Assembly: GCF_018350175.1 (NCBI RefSeq)
Contig: NC_058383.1
Span: 24,802,001-24,866,000, forward strand
Length of the DNA: 64,000 nucleotides
Reading direction: 5' to 3'
Source of the DNA: Felis catus
Lineage: Eukaryota
Shown here: positions 37,757-49,998 of the stretch, in pieces
Position numbering within the stretch: position 1 is the stretch's first letter
How the letters are laid out: the number at the start of each line of letters is the position of its first letter
Made by a program: the position numbers and the translations under genes
Notes under the pieces: generated by a model
What the model saw: the letters and a program-made list of their open reading frames with translations, nothing else
Told to the model about the DNA's origin: nothing
Database searches by the model: none

Positions 37757-38329
37757 GTGTGTCTAATAAGCCTTAAGATTATTGAGCCTATAATATCTAG
37801 ACATCTCCTTGTCTTAGTGAACACTGCCTAAAAAGTGGCTTCATGGTCACGGCTCAGTTAATTGATTGATCTTCTTCACACTGTTTTAGCACTAAGCATA
37901 TGGAAAGGTAGAATGGTGTGGTGAACATAACATTGGCTTAAGAGTGGAAACCTGGCTTTGCCACTTTCTTTGCATGTAACTTTAGGTGAAACAAGAGTAC
38001 AAGTTCTGTCTAAAAGAAGCAGCTGCTATTCAGCTCCAGCCAATTTGGAATGACTTTAGCCATCTGGAATGTAGTCCTAATAGAGCCAGGTCTTTTGATT
38101 TTTGAAAAGAAGGTGGAAATCTGGAGAAGTTTGTAGATTTTTTAATGTAGTTAACTAATTTAAAAGTATTGAAAACACTGAGTAGCCCCAAATAGACTTG
38201 TATGTCGTCAGGATGTGGCCTAAGGATCATATGATGATTTTGTGTAATTCATGGTCTTGGGGCTCCTCTGAGTTCTGAGATCTGGATTTTTGTACAAATT
38301 TGATCAATGGATGAGTTGAATGTGTGGTT

Positions 38330-38518
38330 TTTAAGTTTATTTATATTTGGAGAGAGTGAGTAGGGGAGGGGCAGAGAGAGATGGAAAGAGAGAATCCCAA
38401 GCAGGCTCCATGCTCAACTCAGAGCCCCAGACAGGGCTCGATCCCATGACAGTGAGATCATGCCCTGAGTTGAAATCAAGAGTCAGATGCTTCACCTGCT
38501 GAGCCACCCAGACACCCC
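38330..38518 (-). mobile_element. CanSINE (older)
   Basis: Reverse SINE structure. Confidence 0.9.
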
Positions 38519-38546
38519 TGAATTAAATCTTTTCAAATGACTTGCA

Positions 38547-38771
38547 GGGGCGCCTGGGTGGCGCAGTCGGTTAAGCATCCGGCTTCAGCCAGGTCACGAT
38601 CTCACGGTCCGTGAGTTCGAGCCCCGCGTCAGGCTCTGGGCTGATGGCTCGGAGCCTGGAGCCTGTTTCCGATTCTGTGTCTCCCTCTCTCTCTGCCCCT
38701 CCCCCGTTCATGCTCTGTCTCTCTCTGTCCCAAAAATAAATAAACGTTGAAAAAAAAAATTAAAAAAAAAA
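38547..38771 (+). mobile_element. Young feline CanSINE
   Basis: Near-consensus, CpG-rich; TSD aaRtgacttgcag. Confidence 0.96.
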
Positions 38772-39189
38772 AGTGACTTGCAGATTTTGTTTTGTTTACT
38801 ATTGTAAAAAACAAAACAAAACAAAAACACTGCTGTTTAATAACAATACGTTGGTAGTTGCTCTTGTTATAGGAAAACTATGGTCTTATTTGGACAAGTC
38901 AGACATCACAAAAATGTTAACTCCAGTGTCTTCATGAACCGATGTTTTTAGTGAAAGCAGTAGTAATGCTGAAGAGTTAACATATTAGATATAGTAGTAA
39001 TCATAGGCAGTGAAGAAAGTTGGAAAAACTGTTTGATTAGACTTATTAATGTTCATCGTGATAATTTCTTCTATACTGTTGATGTAGGTTGCTGACAATG
39101 AAAATTCATTTTGGACAGTTTGAAGAGGTTTTAAAATGTCTGAGAGCTTGTATTCTTGTTCTTTTTTTGCTGATTTTTTTCTTTTTCAG

Positions 39190-39438
39190 AACCTGAGAAA
39201 TTGGTACATCATATTCTTCAGGATATGTATAAAACCAAGAAGAAGAAGACTCGGGTTATTCTACGAATGTTACCTATTTCGGGCACATGCAAGGCTTTCT
39301 TAGAAGACATGAAAAAATATGCAGAAACATTTTTGGAACCCTGGTTTAAAGCTCCAAACAAAGGGACATTTCAGATTGTATATAAATCTCGAAATAACAG
39401 CCACATGAATAGAGAAGAAGTTATCAAAGAATTGGCAG
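39190..39438 (+). CDS. THUMPD1: THUMPD1 coding exon 3 (249 bp)
   Basis: EPEKLVHHILQDMYKTKKKKTRVILRMLPISGTCKAF...REEVIKELA; ag/gt boundaries keep the phase. Confidence 0.97.
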
Positions 39439-39566
39439 GTATGTTTCTTTTAGTGTTTTTACGTTCGTATGTAATAGTAAATACTTGTTTTTAGGAATTT
39501 TTTTTTAAGATTTAAGGCTTATATTTTTGGATATAAAACAAGTATATTAAAATGTCCTTAAAATAA

Positions 39567-39672
39567 GGGCGCATGGTTGGCTCAGCTGGTAGAGCATGTG
39601 ACTCTTGATCTCAGGGTTGTGAGCTCGAGCCCCACATTGGGGACAGAGATTACTTTAAAAAAAAAAAAAAAA
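39567..39672 (+). mobile_element. Short tRNA-derived SINE/retropseudogene (tRNA-Lys-like head plus A tail, no CT tract)
   Basis: tggctcagctggtagagc A box, degenerate B box, A tail; TSD gtccttaaaataa. Confidence 0.85.
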
Positions 39673-39984
39673 GTCCTTAAAATAATATCAGACCTAACAG
39701 ACTTGGATATGAGACTTTCTGGTAGTTAGATATTAAATCTTCCAAATCAAGATTGAATTTTCTTTGGAAAAAAAATTACTCTGATTAAATATTTCAGGAT
39801 TTTATTTGTATTTATTTATTGAAAGAGTTCACAGAGTTTGACTGAGGTCCATGTAGAAGCATAGACTAGTATGTATATTGCTTTTAACAAGTCCCAAATG
39901 GAAAGATGAAAGATTGTGTTTGTATCTGTCAAGCTTCATGGTACCCTTCTCCCTCTAAGTGTTTCCCTATTCTTTTTGTTACAG

Positions 39985-40406
39985 GAATAGTAGGCAGCCT
40001 CAATTCGGAAAATAAAGTGGATCTTACCAATCCACAGTACACAGTGGTAGTAGAAATCATTAAAGCTGTCTGTTGCCTGAGTGTTGTGACAGATTACATG
40101 TTGTTCAGAAAGTATAATCTCCAGGAGGTGGTTAAGAGTGCTAAGGACCCATCACAGCTTAACCCAAAGCAGCCAGCACAAGCAGGAAATGGGAAAGAAG
40201 CTAAATTGGAATCTGGTGACAAATCAAATCAAAATGACCCAGCAGAAGGAAAAAATAACCAGCAAGTGGTATCAGAAAATAATGAGGAGCTGGGGCACAC
40301 AAAACCAAGATCTGAGACAAAGATGGTGAGTGAGGGAGGAGCTAATCCTGAACTTGAAAGTCAAGTCACAGAAGGATCTGAGCCAAATGAAAATGACCTC
40401 TCATAG
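39985..40406 (+). CDS. THUMPD1: THUMPD1 coding exon 4 to stop (total CDS 1077 nt, 358 aa; THUMP-domain tRNA acetylation adaptor for NAT10)
   Basis: GIVGSLNSENKVDLTNPQYTVVVEIIKAVCCLSVV...KYNLQEVVK...ENDLS*; exon lengths 231+175+249+422 sum to 359 codons. Confidence 0.97.
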
Positions 40407-41390
40407 AGAAAAAAAAAATCATTTGATGTTGCAGGTAGGTTTCTCTGGTGGCATTTGGTGAGATGTTGGTAGGATTCTGTATAAAATTGTGACTGAAAAT
40501 ACAGGTTTTGAACTTTGTATGTTGCATAATGCTGTACTCACAATAGTGAACAGTGATTGAGCAGCTCCATTAACAGTTATGTTGGAGATCTTTTCAGCCC
40601 CATGTGCCAGGTGCAGTTTGGCTTATGTGAATTTTGTTTAGCTGGGAGAAACTGTGGATAATTGGTGAGCACTTGCATGGAGGGGAGGGTGACAGGAGGC
40701 TAATGTTGGGCTCTCCCTCATGATTACTTTCCCCAGCCTCCCTTTCTGCACTGCCATCTAACTTACTGGAGTAAACAAACTCTGTAAGAGACACTCCTAG
40801 GGAAATTAGCATTCTAAGGAAGGAATTTTTACATGTTGCAACTCATCTGTCCCCTGTCACTTTGTTGTAAACATTGCAAAAACATGGGTCTTCTAGGTGA
40901 GAAGTGAATTGTTTTTTGTGAAGTTTTTGTATTTTTTTGTGATTCTTAGAGTTACTTTGTAACTCTTAGTTACTATGGCAGATTTTATATTTTATTAACA
41001 TTTGTTAAACAAATCTGATGTTCCAGTGCTGCAATTTTTGAGGTCATGGTGTAAGATAGAAGAGGACCATTCTAGGCATAGAAATACAGACATTTCTGTT
41101 GAGGTTAGTGATGAAGAATTAGTCTTCTGTGATACTTTGGTATGCCAGTGTAACAAGGGACACAAATTCTTTCTTTACAGTGAAAGCTACTTTTCAGTGA
41201 TCTTACGGATTTACAATCCAAGCTGTTGTCTTCCATTGTACATTGTGGAATGCAATTTACAAACCTAGCATTTGCTCTAGCAATTGTAACTATAAATCAT
41301 AGCCATTTGATAAGTAAAGATGTTGATTATTTTAAATGGCACCTGGAATATCAAAACAGTAAACTTTGTTTAAACACAAAGTCACATTCA

Positions 41391-41508
41391 GGGGTACCTG
41401 ACTGGCTCAGTTCGTAGAGCATGTGACCCTTGATCTCGGGGTTGTAGGTTTGAGCCCCCTGTTGGGTGTAGAGATTGCTTAAAAATAAAATCTTAAAAAA
41501 ACAAAAAA
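41391..41508 (+). mobile_element. Short tRNA-derived SINE in the THUMPD1 3' region
   Basis: Same family as 39567-39672; TSD tcacattcag. Confidence 0.85.
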
Positions 41509-41639
41509 TCACATTCAGTAAAAGCTTTAGAAAGCAAAATTTTAGTAGCAGCATTATATTAGAAAAATTTAATAATAATAATAATAATACCAATGTAATA
41601 ATACCAATATAACATTAAAATGTGAGGGCAAGAAGCAGT

Positions 41640-42720
41640 ATAAGAAATTGAAAAGCCTTCACTTTCAGCTTAATAAATTGATTTATGTCTCCTGATACTA
41701 AAGAGGTTTGGGTAATTAACTGAAAAGCAGCCACTTCTCTGTCTGGGTTGATGAGTCAACAGATTCCATGAATATTTGTCCTACTATAGCCTTGGTAAGG
41801 TTGGTGAATGATGACGAAATTCAAGAAAGCTTGTTCTGCTGCGAGGAGCCTCTCAAAACAAAGGCAATATAAATTTAATGGGTCTTTATAACTGAAGACT
41901 GAAGGTCTGTCATCTCTACTCCTGGTGCTCATCCTTGGCTCCATGACCAGTTTTGCCTCATTCTGGTAAAAGGAAATGTTGACATTCATGTTATAGCACA
42001 CTGCTTTCTTCCCAGAGAGGTGCTGATATAAAACACTTGGAGTTGAAATGAAGAAAGTTCTGGATAATGCTGCAGAAATGGTTAACTTTATTAAAGACCC
42101 ATTTATGCAGGAATGTTTAAAAATAAATAAAGCTCAAATCTGAACAAAGAGCACATAAATCTACATACAGAAATCCAGTGGCTTGTCAGAAGAGTTCTCA
42201 ACAGGATATTTGAGTTGAAAGGTCAATTGCCAGAGTACTTACAAGAAAATATTAGGCCAGATTTTGCAGAGTGCTTTGGAGATGAAGGATGGCTAAGACA
42301 CTAGTCTATTTAGCAGACTTTTTTTTTTTTTTTTTTTAATCACATGAACAAACAAGTTCCTGCAAGGTCCTGGAGAAAATGTATTTTCTTAAAAGTGATA
42401 AGATTCTTGGATTGATAGGAACTGACTCGTTGGAACAGTCACATCGCCAAAGGAACTCTTGAAATGTTTCCACACCCACTTGGGCATGAGAGTGAAGAAA
42501 AGATAGCAACGAGTCTGAGGCCTTAACTAAAACTCTCTGTGAAGAACTGCAAAACCAAATAGCCTTTCCCCTCCTTTTCTCAACACCTGTGTATGACTAG
42601 GTGCGAAATCCCTTCTCTGAATCTCAGCCTGAGATTTTGTCCAGGAGAAGAGAAAGAACTCTCTGAGTCATAGTCTGATAGTTCAGGATTTCTGTGAAAT
42701 AAGAGTATTCTTAACTTAGT
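41640..42720 (+). mobile_element. Decayed hAT (Charlie/Buster-type) transposase fragment
   Basis: Broken reading gives HCFL.REVL, KKVLDNAAEMVNFIK, HTEIQWL..RVLNRIFELK, LVYLAD.F, resembling Buster-family motifs (HC..HR, HTEVRWLSRG). Confidence 0.7.
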
Positions 42721-43819
42721 GCTGACACTCACATGCCATGAAACTTAATTTGAAAGTTTTTTCAAGGTTTCCCCCAGGGTAAAACTACTGAAAAAAACTG
42801 GAAGAGACTCACCAAAGAGGGCTGCATAAGAAGTCCAGGTTGAAAATAAATATTAAGAGGCTGTGAAATTCACTTTTAGATGGGTTTATTTTTAAGTTTT
42901 AAAAAGTTCATAAGTATTATAAATGTTGAGTCTTCCTTCACCAACGTCTATGTCTGTTTAATGGCCAGGGAATGTGGTAATGTATTTTTATCCTCCTAAA
43001 CTAGTGGTCCTGCTTGGTAAACCAGACTAGAAGGATTAGGGAGGGGAAAAGACTATAGATTGGACCTTGGTAATGCAGATGAGGCTGCAAGTCCTTCTAG
43101 ATCTTTAGATATTTAGAGTGTTAACTCTTAATAGGTTGAGATCATTTTAAAAGGATGATCAGAGCATTTTAACTGTCACGGAGGATAGGATTTTGGTGCC
43201 TTCATCAGACTTGCTCCAAGACAAAGACACTTTTATTTTGATAGTGCAAGACTTTGGACTCTGGGAATAAAATTGGCCACATGCTTACAGAACATCCGAG
43301 TTTGTGGAACTGGGTTCCTTTTACTTTGTGAAAGCTGCTACTCTACAGAAAGATTTTGATTTAGTAGTTTGTTTTTAATCCTCTTGTATTTATTTTTATT
43401 TGGTAAGACCTGCGACAAAAGCTATTCTTTCCAGCTGTAAAGCACTGTGTTCTGTTGGAATCTGATTTCATTCATTGATGCATTTTCAGGTTTCATAACT
43501 TTATTGTCACTGACTTTTGAGCATGTTGTTTTATAAGTGACAAGATTCCAGGGTGGAAATTGAGTGTTGTTTTTTTTTTTTCCATTTAATTTTTGTTTTT
43601 GTTTTTGTTTTTAAGTTACGTCAGCTAAAAAAAACTCCAGTGTTGTGGTTTAGTAAATTTGTTTTGCTTTGTGGAGGATAGGGTGTTATACTTGCTATTT
43701 TGAGACATGTTTGCTTAAGGTTAAACATGATTTCTAAATGTTCTTTTTATTTGTATTTTGCTTTTGTTATGGCCAGATATTTAGCTTGTTTTTCATAGTT
43801 TCTGATATTTTCAGAAAAA

Positions 43820-43835
43820 TCAAAATAAATTTGTT
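43820..43835 (+). terminator. Candidate distal polyadenylation signal of THUMPD1 (aataaa ~43824)
   Basis: AATAAA after a U-rich stretch and followed by GT/T-rich downstream sequence. Confidence 0.45.
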
Positions 43836-43854
43836 CCCTAAAGATTGGTGTTCT

Positions 43855-43865
43855 GTGCTTGCTTG

Positions 43866-43903
<38 letters not shown>

Positions 43904-43905
43904 GC
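43855..43905. repeat. (TTTC)n microsatellite
   Basis: Direct reading. Confidence 0.95.
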
Positions 43906-43927
43906 CTCTTAGTAAATCTCTTGATTT

Positions 43928-44181
43928 ATGTGTGTGTGTGTGTGTGTGTGTGTATACACATACATATGTATAATATATATAATTTTTTTTTAATGTTTAT
44001 TTTTTTTGAGAGAGACAGAGTGTGAGCAGGGCAGGGGCAGAGAGAGAGGGAGACACAGAATCTGAAGCAGGCTCTGGGCTCTGAGCTGTCAGCACAGAGC
44101 CCAACGCAGGGCTGTGGGGCTCAAACTCATGAATGGTGAGATAATGGCCTGAGCTGAAGTCGGAGCCACCTAAGTGCCCCA
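43928..44181 (-). mobile_element. CanSINE with (TG)n/(TA)n expansion in its tail
   Basis: TSD taaatctcttgattta on both sides of SINE plus microsatellite. Confidence 0.9.
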
Positions 44182-44544
44182 TAAATCTCTTGATTTATAA
44201 TAGATACCTCATAAAAGATGTTTTTATGTCAAATTATACATTGTCCTAAAATATAAATCATTTTTATAAGTCGTTATATAAAAAAAGATATAAAACATTT
44301 AATAATTGCTCTTGAATAATTACTCTTATTAAGTAATCCAAACTTTAGATATTTTGCAGTGAATTTGCTTCAAAAGGAGGTAAAGTAATACAGTAGTCAA
44401 TTAAATGCACTTATTTGGTTTTTGGATTATTTATATTCCTTATTTTAATATTAATATTAATATTAAAATATAAACTAATAAAATTAAATTAATATTATAA
44501 AATATTAATATTTTAAAGAACTAATAAAAAGATCTTAGAAATTA

Positions 44545-44735
44545 TTATTTTTAGATTTATTTATTTTTGAGAGAGAGCATGAGCAGGGGAGGGGCAGAGA
44601 GAATGGGGGACAGAGGATCAAAGTGGGCTCCACATTGACAGCAGAGAGCCCAATGTGGGGCTAGAACTAACAAACTGCGAGACCATGACCTGAACCGAAG
44701 TTGGATGCTCAACCAACTGAATCACCCAAGCACCT
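44545..44735 (-). mobile_element. CanSINE
   Basis: Reverse SINE structure. Confidence 0.88.
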
Positions 44736-44932
44736 TCAAGAAATTCAGTCTTGAACTTTTAGAATAGTTCTAATCTTTATTTTGGCTTAATCATTCACAA
44801 GATAATTCAGTGTCCACTGTGCTTTTCTAAGTAATTATTTGCTATTTTAAACCCTTGCAAATCATTAAAATCATTGCCTTTGTCAGTTTGATCATTATAA
44901 CAGTTTTCTTCCCAAATGTTTTTAGATTTTCA

Positions 44933-44938
44933 TTTATT
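44933..44938 (-). terminator. Candidate ACSM4 polyadenylation signal
   Basis: AATAAA on the minus strand ~145 nt after the stop. Confidence 0.45.
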
Positions 44939-45081
44939 TTTTGGCTAATTGCAAAACAAAAAGTTGAGTTTTTCAACCAGGAAAAATCTTCAGCATTTTA
45001 AGAGACTAATCACTAAATTGTTAGGAAGCAAGGACTAAAAGCAGCCCTATTAACAACTTAATGCCATCGTCTCTTATCAGG

Positions 45082-45168
45082 CTATGTTCTACCCCATTCA
45101 TGGTCTCTCAGAACGTTGCGTTTGATTTTCCCAGTGATTGTCTTTGGGAGTTCTGGAACAAATTCCAC
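45082..45168 (-). CDS. ACSM4: ACSM4 last coding exon
   Basis: tag|GTG; VEFVPELPKTITGKIKRNVLRDHEWGRT*; contains the catalytic-lysine motif PKTxTGK. Confidence 0.95.
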   Translation of the reverse strand: MEFVPELPKTITGKIKRNVLRDHEWGRT

Positions 45169-45849
45169 CTAATTAACAGAAACACATTATGAGACACTTG
45201 ATTCCATTTTGACAATCCCAGCTGTCAGTACAATAGGGAAAGCTTTCATGCAACTCTAGCATGGAGTTTGAGTCTAGGGGTTGTCTTAGCCCACCAAGCT
45301 CATTGAAATTCTTGTGTTTATATAGTAAAGTTGACAATGGAGCTCCATCATGGGTTTTTAGTGCAAAGGCTGTGTGCTTTGTCAGAAGAATATAATAATT
45401 CCTTTACTCCTAAGTTCATCTGGACCTAGGCCTCCACTACCCCAGGAAAATAGAGGCCACACCTAAATGCACAAGGAAACAAGTTAATTCTTGGGGCTTG
45501 GGCTTTTAAGAACTGGGTCCTGCAGTTTCTGAGGGAGATTTTTGAGAGAGAGTTTTGAGTACACACAATTTTCCCCTTACGTCCATGGTAAATCCTCTTC
45601 GTTTCCCTTCCTCAAGATGTAACTATTGTATTTTAAAATTTTCTCAAATAACATTTCTGAAAATCAACTGCCATGGATTTAGTAAATTTAATGGAGAAAA
45701 TGTAACTATTCTTAAAGTTAACTACCTTTTGGTTGAAATACCAACTGAAATGGAATTCTCATGTTAAGGATCAATATCAACCAATAGTATTCTGGGATGA
45801 GAAGGAAGGAAGTTGCAGTGCCATCTCTATGTTTTTATATAGAATTACT

Positions 45850-46053
45850 TTTTTATTAAAAATTTAAAAAAATATTTATTTTGGGGAGATAGAGTGCAAG
45901 CAGGGGAGGGGCAGAGAGAGACACACACACAGAATTTGAGGCAGGCTCCAGGCTGTCAGCAAAGAACCTGACGCAGGTCTCGAACCCACAAAGTGCGGGA
46001 TCGTGACCTGGGCTGAAGGCGGACGCCCAACTGCCTGAGCCACCCAGGCACCC
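45850..46053 (-). mobile_element. CanSINE
   Basis: TSD tatagaatta. Confidence 0.9.
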
Positions 46054-46254
46054 TTTTATAGAATTATTCTTAAATCCTCCCTTGAAGAAGAAGGTCTCAG
46101 GAAAGATTCCACAGTTTCTTCGGATAGTATATAAATATTTTCCTAAGCCTTAAGTTTGGTCAGTTTGATACTAAAGCCCTGTGCTTTGAATTTGTAAGGG
46201 TATTATGGATCAAGAGTGCCATGATTGTTGAATTAGGTGCTGTTTTCATTTTTT

Positions 46255-46475
46255 AAAAACATTTTTTAAAGTTTATTTGAGAGAGATAGAGAGCACGAGA
46301 TGGGGAGGGGCAGAAAGAAAGGGAGAGAGAGAATCCCAAGTAGGTTCCATGCTCAACATGGAGCCTTGGGGCTCTATCTCATAACTGTGAGATCATGACT
46401 TGAGCCGAGATAATGACTTGAGCTGAAATCAAGAATAGGATGCTTAACTGACCAAGTCACCCAGGTGTGCCCAGG
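46255..46475 (-). mobile_element. CanSINE
   Basis: Reverse SINE structure with a short internal duplication (atgacttgagc). Confidence 0.88.
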
Positions 46476-46766
46476 TGGTTTTTAAAATCAATTTGCCAGT
46501 ATTTTTTTTTTCTCATGGAATGGGGCTGATTAGTCTTATAAGGATCCTTAGTAGTTACTCAGTATTGCAGAGTTGATCAAAACTAGTTTATCAAATATTT
46601 GAAAATAAATTTTCTAAAGCAAAATTGTTAGGGCAAAACAAGTTGAAATAGGTATCCTCTGCTTACATACTGAGCAAACATAAAGTCACAAGCTAATAAA
46701 CTCTATGTACTTACTACCTTAGACCCTTGTTTGGTAATACATTAACTTTTGGGCAAAAATACTTGC

Positions 46767-46886
46767 CTTTCTTGGATATTTGTAAGGTGCAGTTGATTTT
46801 TTCACATGATCCTGAAGTTCAAGAGTTAATTTCTCTGGGTTGGATGATTTAAAGGGTGCAGATAAGACAACAAAAGCTTTCACTAC
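46767..46886 (-). CDS. ACSM4: ACSM4 exon (120 bp) with GC donor
   Basis: [40 protein letters not shown]; donor AAG|gcaagt. Confidence 0.94.
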
Positions 46887-47849
46887 CTGCAGGAGAAAAG
46901 TCCATTTATATTGATGTTTGTTTTTCAGACATATCAAGAGTTTGGAGCCAATGCTGAACACAGGTATTTGTAATTAACAGGAGCTTGAGTGATGAATGCA
47001 AATCCAGAGATCACCTCTGAACAGAGCTTGGATTACAAATGAGGTTTTGAGATCTAATTCCAGACAAATGGTTTCGGAGTGTGAGGAGTGCAGTGTTTCA
47101 TTAAGGGTAAAGGTTGAGTTTTATTTACATGTCCACATGTATCTGACATTTCAGTCAGACTAATCCTAATAGGCAATCCTTGATTTACCGATAACCACTT
47201 ATTTCAAACCTACACTGTTAGAAACATGCAGTAGGGGGGACAAATGGAGTTCCCAGAGAATACAGTTTGAAAGGGGTTTGGGGAGGCTTAGTGGAGGGAT
47301 TTTGTATGCTGGGGGATGAATTCTCAGGAAGGATTGGTCTACCTCTGAATTTTTTTTTTTGCTTCTCTTTGGAATACCGTGCAAAACTCACTGATTAATT
47401 ATTGAAGTTAGTTAAGTATAAATTATTAATTATTCCTACATTGATTCCAGTTGGTATTTACTTCTAATGTTCACCTGAAATCAGCTCTATTGAGACTATG
47501 GTAGCAGGAGGAAAATACTTTGAAGAATGGAATTCATTGAATGGGGAAGTGGTACAAGAGGTTTGAGTGTGGGATCCATAGAGTCACTGCAGAGGGTCAC
47601 AGTTATATGAGTGGCAGTAGAGAAAGAGATGTGGGAGGATGCTGATACAGAAACTGATTTTGAAATTCTCCCTTTCATACTACATGGCTTCCTCCTAAAC
47701 CTAAGGTTATTTCTGTCATTCCCCAGATTCCCTTTAATAGGTTGAAAGTAGGCTTGTGGGACTTGTTTGGGAACCTGGCCACAACATCCTATTTGCATTG
47801 TTCCTGTAATGAAATGTATTTTGATTTCTGTGACAATAGTACATACAGT

Positions 47850-48355
47850 AGAATCTGCTGTTTTTTCTTCTGTAGCATCTCTTCCTCTTTTAATAACAGT
47901 ACCCTGAGTTTCCTACGGAGCATTACCCTAACTTCTGTCTTTAGTGGTGTTGACACTAACTCCTACCTCCAGTGACCGGCATATGATCCAGGTCTGGCCA
48001 GTGAGCATATACCATTCCCTGGACCACGTTGGTTGGATATGTGATCTAAGATAGGCAAATATTATTCTGGGAGTTGCTTGAAACTGGTGGAAAGGGAGCT
48101 CTTCTCCTGGTTGTTAAGCTGTGTGCATTTGGAGTGGTTGCTGTCAAGTAGGAAGAACCTTTCCGAATGGAACCAACCTAAAGAACAACAGCCAAGAGAT
48201 GGAGAGAGACGGTTTTGCTAACTTCACATGAACCCTTGGATGTAGCTGTACCTGAAGACCTCACTTATGTGTGAGCCAGTAAATTCCTTTTTTTAAAAAC
48301 TTAGGTCAGTTTGAGTTGAGTTTCTGTCATTTGCCTCTAAAAGAATGCTAATACA
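47850..48355 (+). mobile_element. Old MaLR LTR (MLT1-type)
   Basis: gagccagtaaattcctttt...tcagtttgagttgagtttctgtcatttgc 3' signature. Confidence 0.65.
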
Positions 48356-48523
48356 TCCCCTTTGAGATGCAACTCATTTGTAAAGTTGATTGCCCAGTAT
48401 ACATTTTTGGCACATGTGCTTCATAATAAGAAGTACATGACTACTCCTGATTCACTCCTTAACATGGTCTAATGGATAGAACTTGAAAATATGAAATTGC
48501 TACATTAATGACATTCACTCTAC

Positions 48524-48623
48524 CTCTCCTCTGATTGGATCTGGACTACTGACAACAGCTGATTCAACAACTGCTGGGTGCTCGATTAGTGCACTCTCCA
48601 CTTCAAATGGCCCAATACGGTAC
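48524..48623 (-). CDS. ACSM4: ACSM4 exon (100 bp)
   Basis: (G)[33 protein letters not shown]; ag/gt boundaries. Confidence 0.96.
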
Positions 48624-48721
48624 CTGGAAGAGGAAAAGGAGCCCTTGGTCACTACACCACCCAATAGATCTCCCCTGACAATCAATTACTTCCTAAGAGT
48701 AAGAGTAGCAAATATACAAAC

Positions 48722-48849
48722 CCAGAGGATATGATGACATCATCAGCTCTACCAACAAACCAGAAATACCCATCACTGTCCATCACTCCTCTGTCTCCAG
48801 TGACATAAAAATTTCCTCTTATCGTGGCAGCAGTTTTCTCTGGATTGTC
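48722..48849 (-). CDS. ACSM4: ACSM4 exon (128 bp)
   Basis: [42 protein letters not shown](G): TGD and GRxDD motifs. Confidence 0.96.
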
Positions 48850-49314
48850 CTAGGAATCAAAGATGACTCTTGGTCAGAATAGGCAAAGGGCTATGGCACC
48901 CATGGAGTGACTTGTACATTGTGCATTCTATTTCTAAAAGAAATTAATTTAAAGAAATGTAATTCCTAGTGTAGAATACAAAAGGTTCAAGAATATAATA
49001 AAAAGTAAACCCCTCTTCCACCTCTACCACTCCCTATCACTCCCTCCCTGCCCTCTGCAGCCTGCCTAGTTGTCTTTTCTGAGGACACTCACTGCAACTG
49101 GTTTCTTACACATAGAATTTAATCTTTGCACAACTCCTAGGAGATAGATGATATTCTCCCCATTTTGCAGTTGATGAAATAGACTTGGATTTTGTGACTT
49201 GCCCAAATTTACACAGCAACACGTGATGGATATGAAATTTGGACCCAAGTCTGTATGATTCCCTGTACCACCTTTTCTATTAAAGTGTGACTAGCATATT
49301 TTACATTCTTGTAC

Positions 49315-49416
49315 CACATATTCAGAGAAGAAACAGAAAGGCCGTGTAGTCTGTAGTCTGAGGGCAATTTCCCCTTCTTTGCCAGGTGGTAGGACGTTGC
49401 CATTTTCATCTATAAT
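49315..49416 (-). CDS. ACSM4: ACSM4 exon (102 bp)
   Basis: [34 protein letters not shown]; ag/gt boundaries. Confidence 0.95.
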
Positions 49417-49548
49417 CTAGAATGAAAGAAACAATTTAGGTTCCTAAATTTGTTTTTTTACAGTGTGAAAACAGGTTATAAATAGTTGTACAATGACTAG
49501 TAGAAAACTGTAAAACTTTTTTTCCTTATTGAAACAGATATTACTGAC

Positions 49549-49629
49549 CTGGACATCATAGGGTTGTACTCCTTTGCCCATTGAACCCAGTTTAATTTCT
49601 TGTCCTTTCTGATTGGCACAAATTATTCC
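49549..49629 (-). CDS. ACSM4: ACSM4 exon (81 bp)
   Basis: GIICANQKGQEIKLGSMGKGVQPYDVQ; donor CAG|gtcagt. Confidence 0.95.
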
Positions 49630-49735
49630 CTGTTGAGAGAACATGTTTTATATAAGGATGTAAAAATTCAATTTCTGTAGCTATTTATATCATGACAATA
49701 AAACATAAGACTCAGTATTGACTGATTTTCCCAGT

Positions 49736-49738
<3 letters not shown>

Positions 49739-49772
<34 letters not shown>

Positions 49773-49790
49773 ACACATACACACATGCAC
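49739..49790. repeat. (CA)n microsatellite
   Basis: Direct reading. Confidence 0.96.
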
Positions 49791-49802
49791 ATTATTTTAG
49801 AT

Positions 49803-49998
49803 CAGTGTTTCTCAAACATAAGCGTGTACCAGAGTCACCTGGAGCATTCATTTTTCAAGCACAGATTTCCAGGCACCATCTCAGAGTTTCTGATTCAGTA
49901 GGTCTGGCCAGGTGGGGTGTCTGAGAATTTGAATTGCTACCAAATTTCCACGTGCAGCTGATGCTGCTGATTTGAGGACCACACTTTGAAAACTACTG
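49803..49998. mobile_element. MER5A-like hAT MITE
   Basis: cagtgtttctcaaac ... tttgaaaactactg ends; cagagtttctgattcagtaggtctgg. Confidence 0.8.

Noticed and set aside
39567..39672. Functional tRNA gene (also 41391-41508)
   Set aside because: A tail, TSDs and no intact acceptor stem mark these as tRNA-derived retroposons
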